Source: Acidobacteriota bacterium
GTDB taxonomy: Bacteria > Acidobacteriota > JAQAZP01
Reading direction: 5' to 3'
NCBI GenBank assembly: GCA_032127265.1
Contig: JAQAZP010000027.1
Location: 47-64,046 of the forward strand
Length of the DNA: 64,000 nt
In this document: piece after piece, positions 46,388-55,934 of the stretch
Position numbering within the stretch: position 1 is the first letter of the stretch
Layout of the letters: every line of letters starts with the position of its first letter
Program-made: the position numbers and the translations under genes
Notes under the pieces: model-generated
What the model was told of the DNA's origin: nothing
Seen by the model: the letters and a program-made list of their open reading frames with translations, nothing else
Databases searched by the model: none

Positions 46388-47764
46388 TCAGTTTCCCGCG
46401 CGAGCCACCATAGCTCCAGGAGTCCCTACCTTGACCGAGACCGGGCCGTGGAGGGTGCCGTCACCGGCAAAGTTGACGTCCTCCAGCTTGTAATAGTAGG
46501 TCCGTCCGGCGGTCACCCGGTTGTCGGTGAACTCGTATGCCGCGCCCCAACTCACCCCCCCCTCAGCCGGGATCAGTTGCTTGTTTATCCGCTTGTACTG
46601 CCCTTCTTTCGTTTCGCAGCGCCAGATATTGAAGCCGGCGTTGTCCAGTTCGGCGGCGGTCTCCCATTCCAGCAGAACCCCGGCGGCGGAAGACCTGGCC
46701 GTGAAGGACGTCAGCTCCACCAGCGTGGTCAGCCCCAGCTGGACGATGGTCACCGCGTAGTGGGTCATGCCGGAGTAGCTGCCGCCCCAGGTCATGGTGT
46801 GGGTGCCGTAGTCCCAGGTGTCGTTGATGTACATCAGCTGGCCCGAGGTGTCGTCGTAGCCCACGCCCACCATGGTGTGACCGGTCACGTGGATCATCAC
46901 CGGCCGGCCGGCGTCGATCTCGGCCATATACTGGGCCCAGGTGAACCCCTGGGTGTTGCCTTCGTAGCCGTAGATATACTGGTTGAACATCGTGTCCACG
47001 CTGTAGCCCCGCGATTCGTAAAAGAGCTTAATGCCATACCCTCCGTCATGAATGTGAATGCCGTAAAATTCCATCTGGGCGGCGGGGAGCGGGGCGCCAT
47101 CGGTGAAGTTGTAGAAGGTGGTGCCGCCGTCCACATTGAATCCCTCGGCGGAAAACCACTTGTTCGTCTTCATGTAGTCGCCGGTACAGCCTTCCGCGGT
47201 GTGCTCGGTCCAGTTTCCGTCGTACGGGTCGGGGCCCGGCTGGTTGTAGTAATTCCAGTAATCGTCCACGTGACCGAGGGAAGCCCGGCCGTCCAGACCG
47301 CTGTGCGTGGCGCTCAACGGGCACTGGGCCCGGGTGTCGCCGTTGCCGTCCACCCAGGTGGGCCAGGAACTGTTGTCGATCGGCATGATCCCGCCATTGG
47401 TCGGCCCGGTGTAGATGTCGGGGTAGGCGATGCGGTCGTAGTAGGCGGCGATCATCGCCGCCGAAGTGGCCGAGCAGCCGAAGGACCAGCTGTAGGCCGG
47501 GACGGAAAGGGTGACCAGTCCACGGTGGGCGTTCGATTCGGGAAGCTGAACCGTGGGGCGGTGATAGCCGGCCGGCGGCTCGGGCGGACCGTTGATCACC
47601 GACCGGTCGATGCTCGCCATGCCGTCATCGATCATGGTCTCCATGGAAAACCACGGGTCGACAGGTGTTCCCGGCCCGTTGTCCGGGCCGGCGAATCCGG
47701 CCGCACATAATGGCAGAATGAAGAGGATCAGCGTTGTCACTCGCCGGATCGGTTTCCTGTTCAT
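46388..47764 (-). CDS. Secreted papain-fold Cys-peptidase-like protein with a C-terminal beta-sandwich domain
   Basis: Signal peptide. Candidate catalytic Cys (SFGCSATSAAMIAAYYD) and His (HVTGHTMVGVGYDD). C-terminal approximately 100-aa domain. Assignment is weak. Confidence 0.35.
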   Translation of the reverse strand: MNRKPIRRVTTLILFILPLCAAGFAGPDNGPGTPVDPWFSMETMIDDGMASIDRSVINGPPEPPAGYHRPTVQLPESNAHRGLVTLSVPAYSWSFGCSATSAAMIAAYYDRIAYPDIYTGPTNGGIMPIDNSSWPTWVDGNGDTRAQCPLSATHSGLDGRASLGHVDDYWNYYNQPGPDPYDGNWTEHTAEGCTGDYMKTNKWFSAEGFNVDGGTTFYNFTDGAPLPAAQMEFYGIHIHDGGYGIKLFYESRGYSVDTMFNQYIYGYEGNTQGFTWAQYMAEIDAGRPVMIHVTGHTMVGVGYDDTSGQLMYINDTWDYGTHTMTWGGSYSGMTHYAVTIVQLGLTTLVELTSFTARSSAAGVLLEWETAAELDNAGFNIWRCETKEGQYKRINKQLIPAEGGVSWGAAYEFTDNRVTAGRTYYYKLEDVNFAGDGTLHGPVSVKVGTPGAMVARAGN

Positions 47765-47886
47765 TGTTCTCCCCTTCTCGTCGTTTTTTTTGTGTCAAGG
47801 GATACTTATGTCCCTTCACAGAAACTATCGACAGGAAATGGGAAATGGTTTAGCGTTTCGTGGAGTTTTACAGATTGGCGGCATTC

Positions 47887-49038
47887 TCAGACCGGAGGCC
47901 GGTTGTTCTCGCCATACCCGGTCAGTTCAGCGTACCCGCGGCCCACGGGAGGCGAGCCGGGATCAGCGCCGGCGGGGTGCACGGTCACCGCTCCCTCCCA
48001 GTAGGCCAGACCCGAACGGCGGCTGACATTTTCCTGGTTCGGGATGATCGGGGCGATGGTCAGGCGCAGTGTGCCGGGTCCACCCTGGTCATCCATTATC
48101 AGCTCCCAGCCCGAGGGGTAGGAGATGCCGGTCTCCGGGCTCTCCCAGTTGCCGGTGGCCTTCAGCTCCCAATCTTTACTCATCTCGAGGTAGACGGGAT
48201 CGCCCTGCGCCGGGATCATGGTCCCCCGGCCAAAGGCCGGTGTGCCGTCGCTGTTGCGCAGCTGGTAGAGCATCAGCTCGCGGCCGTCCTCCAGCTGGAT
48301 CGAGAACCAGTCCCAGCCGGTCTGGCTGCCGGTCAGTTCGCTGCTGAAAAACTCGCGGTCCATCCAGCTGGCGCCGTTGACCTCCAGCGATGCGCCGCCG
48401 CTGCTGATGGCGCCCCTGGTCGCCATCCGGGTGAAGCTGTAGTAATAACTGGCCGCGCCGGGGTTCTCCCCCTTGCGGCTCACGCCGCCCGGTCCCTGGA
48501 AGACCATCGGCTTCTCCGCCGTGACCAGCAGCTCCAGAGCCATCTCCTGCCGGCGGTCCTCCATTCGGATCCTGAAACCATCCCCCTCCGCGTCCAGCGA
48601 CCACCAGGCCGAGGTTCCGGCGGGGCCCATACAGGTTGCGATCTCCGCGCCCGAAGCACCGCCGAAACCGCCGAAGAGCGGTGAGTCCCGCCAGAGCACT
48701 TCGCTGAACCAGTGCTTGCCGTTGGCCGCGTCGGTGATCGAGGCGTGACCCATGATCAGGCCGCCGGCGGCCCAGAGCGAATCCAGGTTCGGCCGCTCGG
48801 GCAGCAGTCCCACCCGGAAAAAGGTGAACTGGTAGCCGAAGCGCCGGCCGGGATCGTCAGCCGCCTCCAACTGTCCGGTGAGATACCACCACTCGGTCTT
48901 GTACTCCGGGTGGGACCGGTGGTCGGCAGGGAAGGACCACTGGCGGCCGGCGGGGGTCACCGGGGCCCAGTCACCTGCGTTCGATGACGCGGACAACAGG
49001 AGCAGGATGATCAATACGCTGGTGTACCGTCTACGCAT
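47887..49038 (-). CDS. AttH/CrtC-like (hydroxyneurosporene-synthase-fold) secreted lipocalin-domain protein
   Basis: Signal peptide. WWYLTGQL...GYQFTFFR N-terminal CrtC-like block. Last gene of the ABC exporter operon, as in att-type clusters. Confidence 0.55.
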   Translation of the reverse strand: MRRRYTSVLIILLLLSASSNAGDWAPVTPAGRQWSFPADHRSHPEYKTEWWYLTGQLEAADDPGRRFGYQFTFFRVGLLPERPNLDSLWAAGGLIMGHASITDAANGKHWFSEVLWRDSPLFGGFGGASGAEIATCMGPAGTSAWWSLDAEGDGFRIRMEDRRQEMALELLVTAEKPMVFQGPGGVSRKGENPGAASYYYSFTRMATRGAISSGGASLEVNGASWMDREFFSSELTGSQTGWDWFSIQLEDGRELMLYQLRNSDGTPAFGRGTMIPAQGDPVYLEMSKDWELKATGNWESPETGISYPSGWELIMDDQGGPGTLRLTIAPIIPNQENVSRRSGLAYWEGAVTVHPAGADPGSPPVGRGYAELTGYGENNRPPV

Positions 49039-49039
49039 C

Positions 49040-51595
49040 CTACAGATCCTCCCGGCTCAGTTCCCGGGCCGGTGTCCGGCTGCCGCGCAGCGCGGGATAC
49101 ACACTGGCGGCCAGGGCCGCGGCCATGATGCCCGCGGCCTGGCGCAGCAGGGCCGGCCAGGGCCAGTGGGGCTGGATGGTCCAGCCGAAGTAGGCCGGGT
49201 TGATGACGTAGATCAGGATCAGGGCCAGCAGCACTCCTCCCGCGGCGCCGAGCAGGGTGCCGAGGAGCCCGGCGGCCAGGCCCTCGCCGAGAAAGAGGCG
49301 GAAGATCTGTCCCCGCCCGGCGCCCAGGCAGCGGTAGAGGGCCAGTTCGGAGATCCGTTCCCGGGCCTGGACCAGCAGGCTCAGGGCGATGCCGCAGGCC
49401 GCGGTGAGCAGGGCCATCACCTGGAGCAGCCGGGTCACGGCAAAGGTCTGGTCGAACAGCTGCAGCACGCCATCACGGATGTCGCGGCTGCTGCGGACCT
49501 CCAGCGGCAGCTGCTCGTAGCGTGCGCGGAGACCGTCCGCGGCTTCATCCGGAGCGAGGCCCTTCTTGAGGTAGAGCCCCACGCTGTTCACCTGGCCCGG
49601 CCCGAAGAAGCGGTCCACCGTTTGCATCGAGAAGTAGGCCATCCCGCTCTCCGTGCTGTAGTCCCGGCTCACCCCGGCAATGGTGAAGTGCACCTCGCCG
49701 TCCGGGCCGGTGATGGTCAGCGTGTCACCCGGACCCAGACCGGTCTTGAGGGCCAGCGGTTCGGTGATGATTGTCGCGTCTTCGTCCCGCACCCGGCGCA
49801 GCGCCTCCCGCGAGTCGCCGCTTTTCAGCGGCAGGATGTAGTCGCTGTTCTCCAGGTCGAAGCTTATCCCGCTGAGCATGATCTTCCGCTCACCGGACAT
49901 CACCGGGAACCGGCGCAGCAGGGCCGACGAGCGCACGCCGGGCAGGGTGGTCAACTCTTCGACCAGCCCGGGGGTGAGAAAGGCCTCGCGGCCGGCGCGG
50001 GTCCAGGACTTCGTGCTGACGTAGATGTCGGCCCGCACGTAGCCGGCGATCCAGGTTTCCAGGGTGGCGCGGAAGGAACCGATGAGCAGCGTCACCCCCA
50101 CCAGCATGCAGACGGCGATGCCCAGGGCGGCCACGGCCACCGAGCTGGTGCCCAGCCGCAGCAGGAGGTTGCGGGCGCTGTAGGCCAGGCCGAGACGGCG
50201 GACCCTGATCGGGCGGCAGACCAGGCGGATGATCAGCGGGGTGAGCAGGGGGAAGGCCACCAGGATCATGAGGCCCAGGGAGAACCCGCCCCAGCGAACG
50301 GTGCGGCCGTAGAAGCCGTAAAAGGCGAGGGCCGCAACCCCCACCGCCAGGGCGGTGAACGCCATCCGCGGGGCCAGGCGGTCGGCCCGCTGGTGCAGGG
50401 TGAAGGCGGAGAGCAGCGTTCGGGTGTCCTTGCGGGCCATGTCCAGCGACGGCTGGAGGGCCCCGGCCAGCGCCCCGCCCACGCCGATGAGCAGCGCGAG
50501 AACAACCAGGTCCGCCGGCACCCGGAGCCGCTCGATCTCTTCCAGCAGGTAGATGTTGGTCAGCGTGCCGCTCACCAGGCCCATGTTGAGACGGGCGGCC
50601 AGCCAGCCCAGGGGGACGCCGATGATGGCCCCCAGCAGGCCCAGGGCGCCGGCCTCGCCGAGGATCAGCGCCAAAACCTGGGACCGGGTGCCGCCCAGGG
50701 AACGGATCAGCCCGAACTCCGCCCGCCTTCTGACCAGTGTGGCCCGCACACTGCCGTAGACCAGAAAGACACCGACAAAGAGGCTGATCAGGCTGAGTGC
50801 GGTGAGGTTCAAACGGAAGGCCGAGAGCAGCCCCGCCGCATTCTGTTCCCGCTGCTCCGGAGTGAGCACTTGCACCGCCGGACCGAGGGCGGCGGTCAGC
50901 AGCCGGCGCATCTCTTCCAGGTCCCGGCCCTTGTCGATCTTCAGGTCCACCTGGTGCAGTTCTCCCCGGCGCCCCAGCAGCGACTGGGCCTGGGCGATGT
51001 CCATCACCGCCAGCTTGCGCGGAGCCAGCGGCGTGTGGCGGCGGAAGTCCACCAGGGCGCCGATATGCAAATCGGCCAGACGGCTGCCGCTGCTCACGGT
51101 GACCGTGTCGCCCACCGACCAGCCCATCTCTTCAGCCAGGGCCGGGGAGACGGCCACCCAGCCGGGCCGATAGAGGAAGGCGGCGAGGGCGTCTGTTCCA
51201 TGGGCGTTTCCGTCGCCCGCTCCGTCCCCGCTGACCAGGGGCAGACGGCCGGCGGCAAAGAGGTCGAGACCGGCCACTTCGAGGAACAGGCCCGGATGTC
51301 CTTCCACGGCCACGTCGATGCGGTAGATCGGCCAGGCTTCACTCACCCCGGCCGTGGCCAGCACCTTGGGATAGAAGGTTTCGGGCAGGGTGGGGGTACG
51401 GCCGGTGACGCTCAGGTCGGCATCGCCGCTGAGCGACTGCACGCTGCCGGAAAAGGCGGCCAGTGAATTGCGGTTGAGCAACTGGATGGAGAAGACCGAG
51501 GCCACGCCCAGGGCCACGCCCAGCACGGCGAGCAGCGTCAGGCTGCGGCCGTGCTTCAGGCGGCTGGCCAGGGTTCTCTGGAGGTAGGCGATCAC
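49040..51595 (-). CDS. ABC exporter permease with two fused FtsX domains (MacB/YbbP-like, 851 aa)
   Basis: Two repeats of 4-TM FtsX-like modules separated by large periplasmic domains. Start overlaps the ATPase gene stop. Confidence 0.8.
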   Translation of the reverse strand: MIAYLQRTLASRLKHGRSLTLLAVLGVALGVASVFSIQLLNRNSLAAFSGSVQSLSGDADLSVTGRTPTLPETFYPKVLATAGVSEAWPIYRIDVAVEGHPGLFLEVAGLDLFAAGRLPLVSGDGAGDGNAHGTDALAAFLYRPGWVAVSPALAEEMGWSVGDTVTVSSGSRLADLHIGALVDFRRHTPLAPRKLAVMDIAQAQSLLGRRGELHQVDLKIDKGRDLEEMRRLLTAALGPAVQVLTPEQREQNAAGLLSAFRLNLTALSLISLFVGVFLVYGSVRATLVRRRAEFGLIRSLGGTRSQVLALILGEAGALGLLGAIIGVPLGWLAARLNMGLVSGTLTNIYLLEEIERLRVPADLVVLALLIGVGGALAGALQPSLDMARKDTRTLLSAFTLHQRADRLAPRMAFTALAVGVAALAFYGFYGRTVRWGGFSLGLMILVAFPLLTPLIIRLVCRPIRVRRLGLAYSARNLLLRLGTSSVAVAALGIAVCMLVGVTLLIGSFRATLETWIAGYVRADIYVSTKSWTRAGREAFLTPGLVEELTTLPGVRSSALLRRFPVMSGERKIMLSGISFDLENSDYILPLKSGDSREALRRVRDEDATIITEPLALKTGLGPGDTLTITGPDGEVHFTIAGVSRDYSTESGMAYFSMQTVDRFFGPGQVNSVGLYLKKGLAPDEAADGLRARYEQLPLEVRSSRDIRDGVLQLFDQTFAVTRLLQVMALLTAACGIALSLLVQARERISELALYRCLGAGRGQIFRLFLGEGLAAGLLGTLLGAAGGVLLALILIYVINPAYFGWTIQPHWPWPALLRQAAGIMAAALAASVYPALRGSRTPARELSREDL

Positions 51596-52293
51596 GGCGG
51601 CACCAGCACGCCGCTCTTCAGCTGCCGCACCTCGTCGGCCAGGCCGGCCAGCTCGCGGCTGTGGGTGACAAAGATCAGCGTGGATCCTTCTTCGCGGGCC
51701 AGGGCGAGCAGCAGGTCCATCACCTGGCGGCTGTTCTCGTCGTCGAGACTGCCGGTGGGTTCATCGGCCAGCAGCAGCCGCGGCCGGCGGACCAGGGCCC
51801 GGCAGATCGCCACCCGCTGCATCTCCCCGCCGCTCAACTGCTGCACCGGGTCGCCACTGCGGTCGGCCAGGCCCACCCGCTCCAGCAGCTCGCGGATGCG
51901 GGGCAGGGCTGCTGTGCTGGTCTGGCCGGCGATCCATTCCGGCAGGGCGACGTTGTCTTCCACGGTGAGGTGGGGCAGCAGGTGAAAGAACTGGAAAATC
52001 AGCCCCACACTTTTGCGGCGGATCAGCGTCCGTTCCTTCTCGCTGAGCCCGGCCAGGTCCCGGCCCTCGAGGATGACCCGGCCGCCGGTAGGCAGGTCGA
52101 TGCCGGCCGCCAGGTTGAGCAGGGTCGACTTGCCGCTGCCGCTGCGGCCCACAACCGCCGCCACGCTGCCGGCGGCCACCTCCAGCGAGATCTCCTTGAG
52201 CGCAGTCCTTCCCCCGCCCCCCTCGCGGGGATAGATTTTGGAAACAGCGTCGAACTGCAGTGCCGGGGCGGTCATGGGAAGATCATATGCCAT
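51592..52293 (-). CDS. ABC transporter ATP-binding protein (LolD/MacB-type)
   Basis: Walker A GRSGSGKSTLL, signature LSGGEMQR, Walker B LLLADEPTGSLD. Start set at an internal ATG (MAYDL), because the longer ORF start lies inside the 25-bp palindrome. Confidence 0.75.
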   Translation of the reverse strand: MAYDLPMTAPALQFDAVSKIYPREGGGGRTALKEISLEVAAGSVAAVVGRSGSGKSTLLNLAAGIDLPTGGRVILEGRDLAGLSEKERTLIRRKSVGLIFQFFHLLPHLTVEDNVALPEWIAGQTSTAALPRIRELLERVGLADRSGDPVQQLSGGEMQRVAICRALVRRPRLLLADEPTGSLDDENSRQVMDLLLALAREEGSTLIFVTHSRELAGLADEVRQLKSGVLVPP

Positions 52294-52321
52294 GCGGAGG
52301 CGAAACAAAACGGGGATTTCC

Positions 52322-52390
52322 GGGGACGTACATGAATTTATGACTTGTCGATCACGCATCCGGAAAAGTCATAAATTCATGTACGTCCCC
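52322..52390. promoter_or_regulatory. Perfect 25-bp inverted repeat with a 19-nt loop, immediately upstream of the ABC exporter operon
   Basis: GGGGACGTACATGAATTTATGACTT, then 19 nt, then AAGTCATAAATTCATGTACGTCCCC. The centre is AT-rich in a GC-rich region. Confidence 0.5.
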
Positions 52391-52616
52391 GAAGGTCGAA
52401 TACATCGAGGTCGCCTTCACCGACAACGTGGCGGTAAACCTCCCCGGACCGGACATCGCCATCTTCCAGATGGGCGGACCAAACGCCGTGCGGCGGGCCA
52501 AACCGTATGAGGGCGGATACCTGTGGGCAACTTTTCGGGACAGTGCGATCAGATCTTCGCCGTGACCCTCCAGGAGTCCTATGCGCTCTCGATACAGGTA
52601 GCGGCCGGCATCGACG

Positions 52617-53228
52617 ATGCGGAAGAGGGCGAGGACGGTTCAATCCAGTCGGTCAGTTCCGATCTCGAGCTGGTGGAAGATGTGGCGGCCGGCAACCAGA
52701 TCGTGGGTCTCCGTTTCGGCGGCGTTCTGCGGTGAGGTCGTGGTGGAGCAATGGGAGGAGGGGCTGAACCAGCGGCAGCCGCCGCTGAAGGTGATGGACG
52801 CCATCGGGCTGAAGCCGGGGATGACCATCGCCGACATCGGCGCCGGGAGGGGCCGTTACACGGTCTGGTTTTCTCCGCGGGTGGGTCCCGGGGGGAAGGT
52901 TTATGCCATCGACATCGCCTTCATGATCGACGTCTACCACCACCTGGACCAGCCGGTGAAAATGATCAGGGATACCCTGGCCTGCCTCTCCCCGGGCGGC
53001 GTGGTGGCCATCGTCGAGTGCGGCCCGAACAAGAACGGGTTCGATCCGGACCACGGTACGCCCAGGGCAAAGATGCTGCGCCAACTGAAGGAAGCGGGGC
53101 TGACGGAGATCGAAGTCATCGACCCGCCCTGGCTCAAGGACGACTATATCTACATCGGCAGGGTGGGAGGGGAGCAGCCGATCACCCTCACCCCGTCTTT
53201 GGCGGCAGCCGGAACTCACCCAGGGTGA
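52617..53228 (+). CDS. Short class-I SAM-dependent methyltransferase-like protein (start and integrity uncertain)
   Basis: Motif I LKPGMTIADIGAGRGRYT, post-I GKVYAIDIA, motif III LSPGGVVAIVE. The protein is unusually short between the motifs. The upstream 52392-52780 region shows protein-like reading in two other frames. Confidence 0.35.
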   Translation: MRKRARTVQSSRSVPISSWWKMWRPATRSWVSVSAAFCGEVVVEQWEEGLNQRQPPLKVMDAIGLKPGMTIADIGAGRGRYTVWFSPRVGPGGKVYAIDIAFMIDVYHHLDQPVKMIRDTLACLSPGGVVAIVECGPNKNGFDPDHGTPRAKMLRQLKEAGLTEIEVIDPPWLKDDYIYIGRVGGEQPITLTPSLAAAGTHPG

Positions 53229-54402
53229 TCGGCACGGCCACCTTGAGCATCAGGGTGAAGACGAGGAAGCCGAGGCTGAAGATGCCCACGGCCACCTGCA
53301 GTTCGGTGGTGGAGGGGAAATACTCGTAGATCTCGCCCAGGGTGTCGGGGGTCATCCCCGGGATGACCAGGGCCAGCCCCTTCTCGATATACACGCCGAT
53401 ATAGATCAGCACACAGCCGATGTTGAGGGTCACCCAGTTCTTCCGTGTGGCCGGGACGAGGAAGATGACCAGCGCCGTCAGGCTGAAGATCACCGAGATC
53501 CAGGTAAAGGGCACGATGGCCCGGTGGCCCTCCAGGCCGAAGAACATGTACCTGGCGTGCACCAGGTGGTGGGTGTCGGAGTAAAACTCCTTGAACACCT
53601 CGGCGCCGAAAAGGAAGAGGTTGAAGGCCATGGCGTAGGCCATCAGTTCGGCGATCTTCCAGATCGCCTCGTCCTTGATCTCCAGCCGGGTGGTCCGGCG
53701 GAGGATCTGCAGCAGGATGAGCAGGATCGCCGGGCCGGAGCATAAGGCCGAGGCGATGAACTTCGGGGCCAGAATCGCCGAGTTCCAGAAGGGGCGGGCG
53801 GCCAGCCCGTTGTAGACGAAGGCGGTGACGGTGTGGATGCCGATGGCCGCCGGGATGGAGAGGATGATCAGCGGGTTGACGAAGGAGCCCTTGTGCTCCC
53901 GGTTGGTGTAGGCGCAGTAGAGCAGGTAGGTGACGATGAACAGGTTGAGCAGCAAGTAGAAGTTGAGCACCACCACGTCCCAGCCCAGCAGCGAGCCGGG
54001 GAGGTTCAGATGGCCGAGGAGGGGGACCAGGTGCCAGAAGCGGTCCGGGCGGCCGATGTCGCAGATCACGAAACCGAGGCACATCACGATGGCGCTGATC
54101 GCCAGCAGTTCGCCGAAGATCGTGATCTCCTTGATCGGCTTCCAGTTGTAGACGTAGGCCGGGATCACAAGCAGCACCGCGGCCGCGGCCACCCCGACGA
54201 GGAAGGTGAAATTGCCGATGTAGAAGGCCCAGGAGACCTGGTCCCGCATGTTGGTGGCGATCAGGCCGCTGGAGAACTGGTTGACCACCCCGAAGGCCCC
54301 GACCAGGATCAGGGCCAGCAGCAGGCCGATCCAGGCGTAGTAGGCCTTGCCGCCGCGGATCACGCACTGGACACTGCCGGCGATGAAGCGCAGAAAATTC
54401 AC
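53188..54402 (-). CDS. NrfD/PsrC-family quinone-interacting membrane subunit
   Basis: About 10 TM helices with an NrfD-like pattern. Follows the Tat 4Fe-4S subunit. Confidence 0.7.
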   Translation of the reverse strand: MNFLRFIAGSVQCVIRGGKAYYAWIGLLLALILVGAFGVVNQFSSGLIATNMRDQVSWAFYIGNFTFLVGVAAAAVLLVIPAYVYNWKPIKEITIFGELLAISAIVMCLGFVICDIGRPDRFWHLVPLLGHLNLPGSLLGWDVVVLNFYLLLNLFIVTYLLYCAYTNREHKGSFVNPLIILSIPAAIGIHTVTAFVYNGLAARPFWNSAILAPKFIASALCSGPAILLILLQILRRTTRLEIKDEAIWKIAELMAYAMAFNLFLFGAEVFKEFYSDTHHLVHARYMFFGLEGHRAIVPFTWISVIFSLTALVIFLVPATRKNWVTLNIGCVLIYIGVYIEKGLALVIPGMTPDTLGEIYEYFPSTTELQVAVGIFSLGFLVFTLMLKVAVPITLGEFRLPPKTG

Positions 54403-54420
54403 CGGGCGTTCCTCCCCTGA

Positions 54421-55320
54421 TCAGGTCCCGTAGAAGTAATAGAACTTGGGCTGGGTGTTCAGCTCTTCCTTGAACACCAGCACCCGCTTGTTCTCCAGCA
54501 CGTAGCGGATCTCGCTCTGCGGGTCGAGCAGGTTGCCGAACTTGCGCGCGCCCACCGGGCAGATCTCCACACAGGCCGGGTAGCGGCCGTTGCGCACCCT
54601 TTTCACACAGAAGGTGCACTTCTCCACCACGCCCACCGGCCGTACCCGGTTGCCCAGGAAGTGGGTTTCGGGGTTGTACTCTGTCGGGCTCACCGTCGGT
54701 TCGGCCCAGTTGAAGTGCCGCGCGCCGTAAGGACAGGCCGCCATGCAGCAGCGGCAGCCGATGCACCAGTTGTAGTCGACGACCACGATGCCGTCCTTCT
54801 CATGCCAGGTGGCGCCCACCGGGCAGACGGTGGTGCACTGGGGGTTGCGGCACTGCTGGCAGGCCACCGGCATGTAGAAGCTGTCCTCCCGGGGCACCTC
54901 CTCCGGGTCGTAGTAGGCGTTGGCCTGCTGGATGTTGATCCCCTCTTCCTTGGGCATCTCCAGCACCCGGATCAGCTGCAGCTGCGGGTCTCGGGAGCAG
55001 TTGTTCTCCTCGACGCAGGCGTAGACGCAGCGTCGGCAGCCGATGCAGCGGGAGAGGTCGAGGCCGTAGCCGAAGAGCACGTCCTCCATCGGCGGTTCGG
55101 CGGTGACGTGGACCGCTTTGCCGAAGCGGGCGCTCTGCTCCTTTTCGAGCCGGGCCAGCACCCCGGCCAGCTCCTCGGGGGTCATGTCGCGGAAGTGCCG
55201 CTGGAGGAACGCCTCGCGACTGTTCTTGTCGCAGGAGGCCAGGGCCAGGCCCCCCGAGGCCAGGGCGGCGGTGCGCAGGAAGCCGCGCCGTGAAATGCTG
55301 CGTCTGGCTGAAGGTGTCAT
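54421..55320 (-). CDS. Tat-exported 4x[4Fe-4S] ferredoxin subunit (NrfC/PsrB/DmsB-like)
   Basis: Twin-arginine signal SRRGFLRTAALASGGLALASC. Four Cys clusters (CIGCRRCVYAC, CQQCRNPQCTTVCP, CIGCRCCMAACP, CTFC...CVEICP). Start at the ATG at 55320 inside the longer ORF. Confidence 0.8.
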   Translation of the reverse strand: MTPSARRSISRRGFLRTAALASGGLALASCDKNSREAFLQRHFRDMTPEELAGVLARLEKEQSARFGKAVHVTAEPPMEDVLFGYGLDLSRCIGCRRCVYACVEENNCSRDPQLQLIRVLEMPKEEGINIQQANAYYDPEEVPREDSFYMPVACQQCRNPQCTTVCPVGATWHEKDGIVVVDYNWCIGCRCCMAACPYGARHFNWAEPTVSPTEYNPETHFLGNRVRPVGVVEKCTFCVKRVRNGRYPACVEICPVGARKFGNLLDPQSEIRYVLENKRVLVFKEELNTQPKFYYFYGT

Positions 55321-55325
55321 TTCTT

Positions 55326-55934
55326 TCAACGCAGGTTCTCCGGCCTTACTGGCGGCGGCAGCGGTTTGAGCGGCTTGAAGCGCGGCGCGTGCGGGTCGTG
55401 GCAGTGCACGCAGAGCAGATACTGCTTGTCCCCCCGCCAGTGGCCGGTGCGCTTGCCGTGGACCCCGGCCTTCCAGTCGCGGTATTTCGGGCCGTGGCAC
55501 TGGCCGCAGAGCCGGTAGGACTCGGTGAAGTCGACCAGCGCGCCGCTGGCCATCCGCAGCATGTCCCGGTTGCCGGCGTCGTGGCAGTCGAGGCACCAGC
55601 GGTTTTCCTCGTCGTGGTGCAGCACGATATCCTCGTGCTCCTCGGTCAGCACCCTCCGCGTGCGGTTGACTTCCATGTCCGCGTGGCACTGGCTGCAGGG
55701 GAAGTAGTCGGAGAGCGGCGGAGGGGGGACCTGGTAGAGCGTCCCAGGGCCGCTGTGTGTCGGCCCGGCGGCGCCGGCGGCCGGCACTTCTCCGGCAGTC
55801 TCGGCCGGCGTGGTCGGCTCGGAAGCACCGAGGGGCCCGGGGAAGGTGATCAGGATGGCGGCGAGGCCCGCCAGGCAGACCGCGGCGAGGATAAAGCGGC
55901 CGCCTTTGCCGGGGCTGGCATCTGTTTTGAGCAT
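55326..55934 (-). CDS. Membrane-anchored tetrahaem cytochrome c
   Basis: N-terminal TM helix. Four CxxCH (CSQCH, CLDCH, CGQCH, CVHCH). Confidence 0.7.
   Translation of the reverse strand: MLKTDASPGKGGRFILAAVCLAGLAAILITFPGPLGASEPTTPAETAGEVPAAGAAGPTHSGPGTLYQVPPPPLSDYFPCSQCHADMEVNRTRRVLTEEHEDIVLHHDEENRWCLDCHDAGNRDMLRMASGALVDFTESYRLCGQCHGPKYRDWKAGVHGKRTGHWRGDKQYLLCVHCHDPHAPRFKPLKPLPPPVRPENLR

Noticed and set aside
48878-51466. 862-aa plus-strand ORF across the FtsX permease gene
   Set aside because: Antisense to the permease with clear TM topology. The translation is Gly/Ala/Gln/Arg-rich low complexity.
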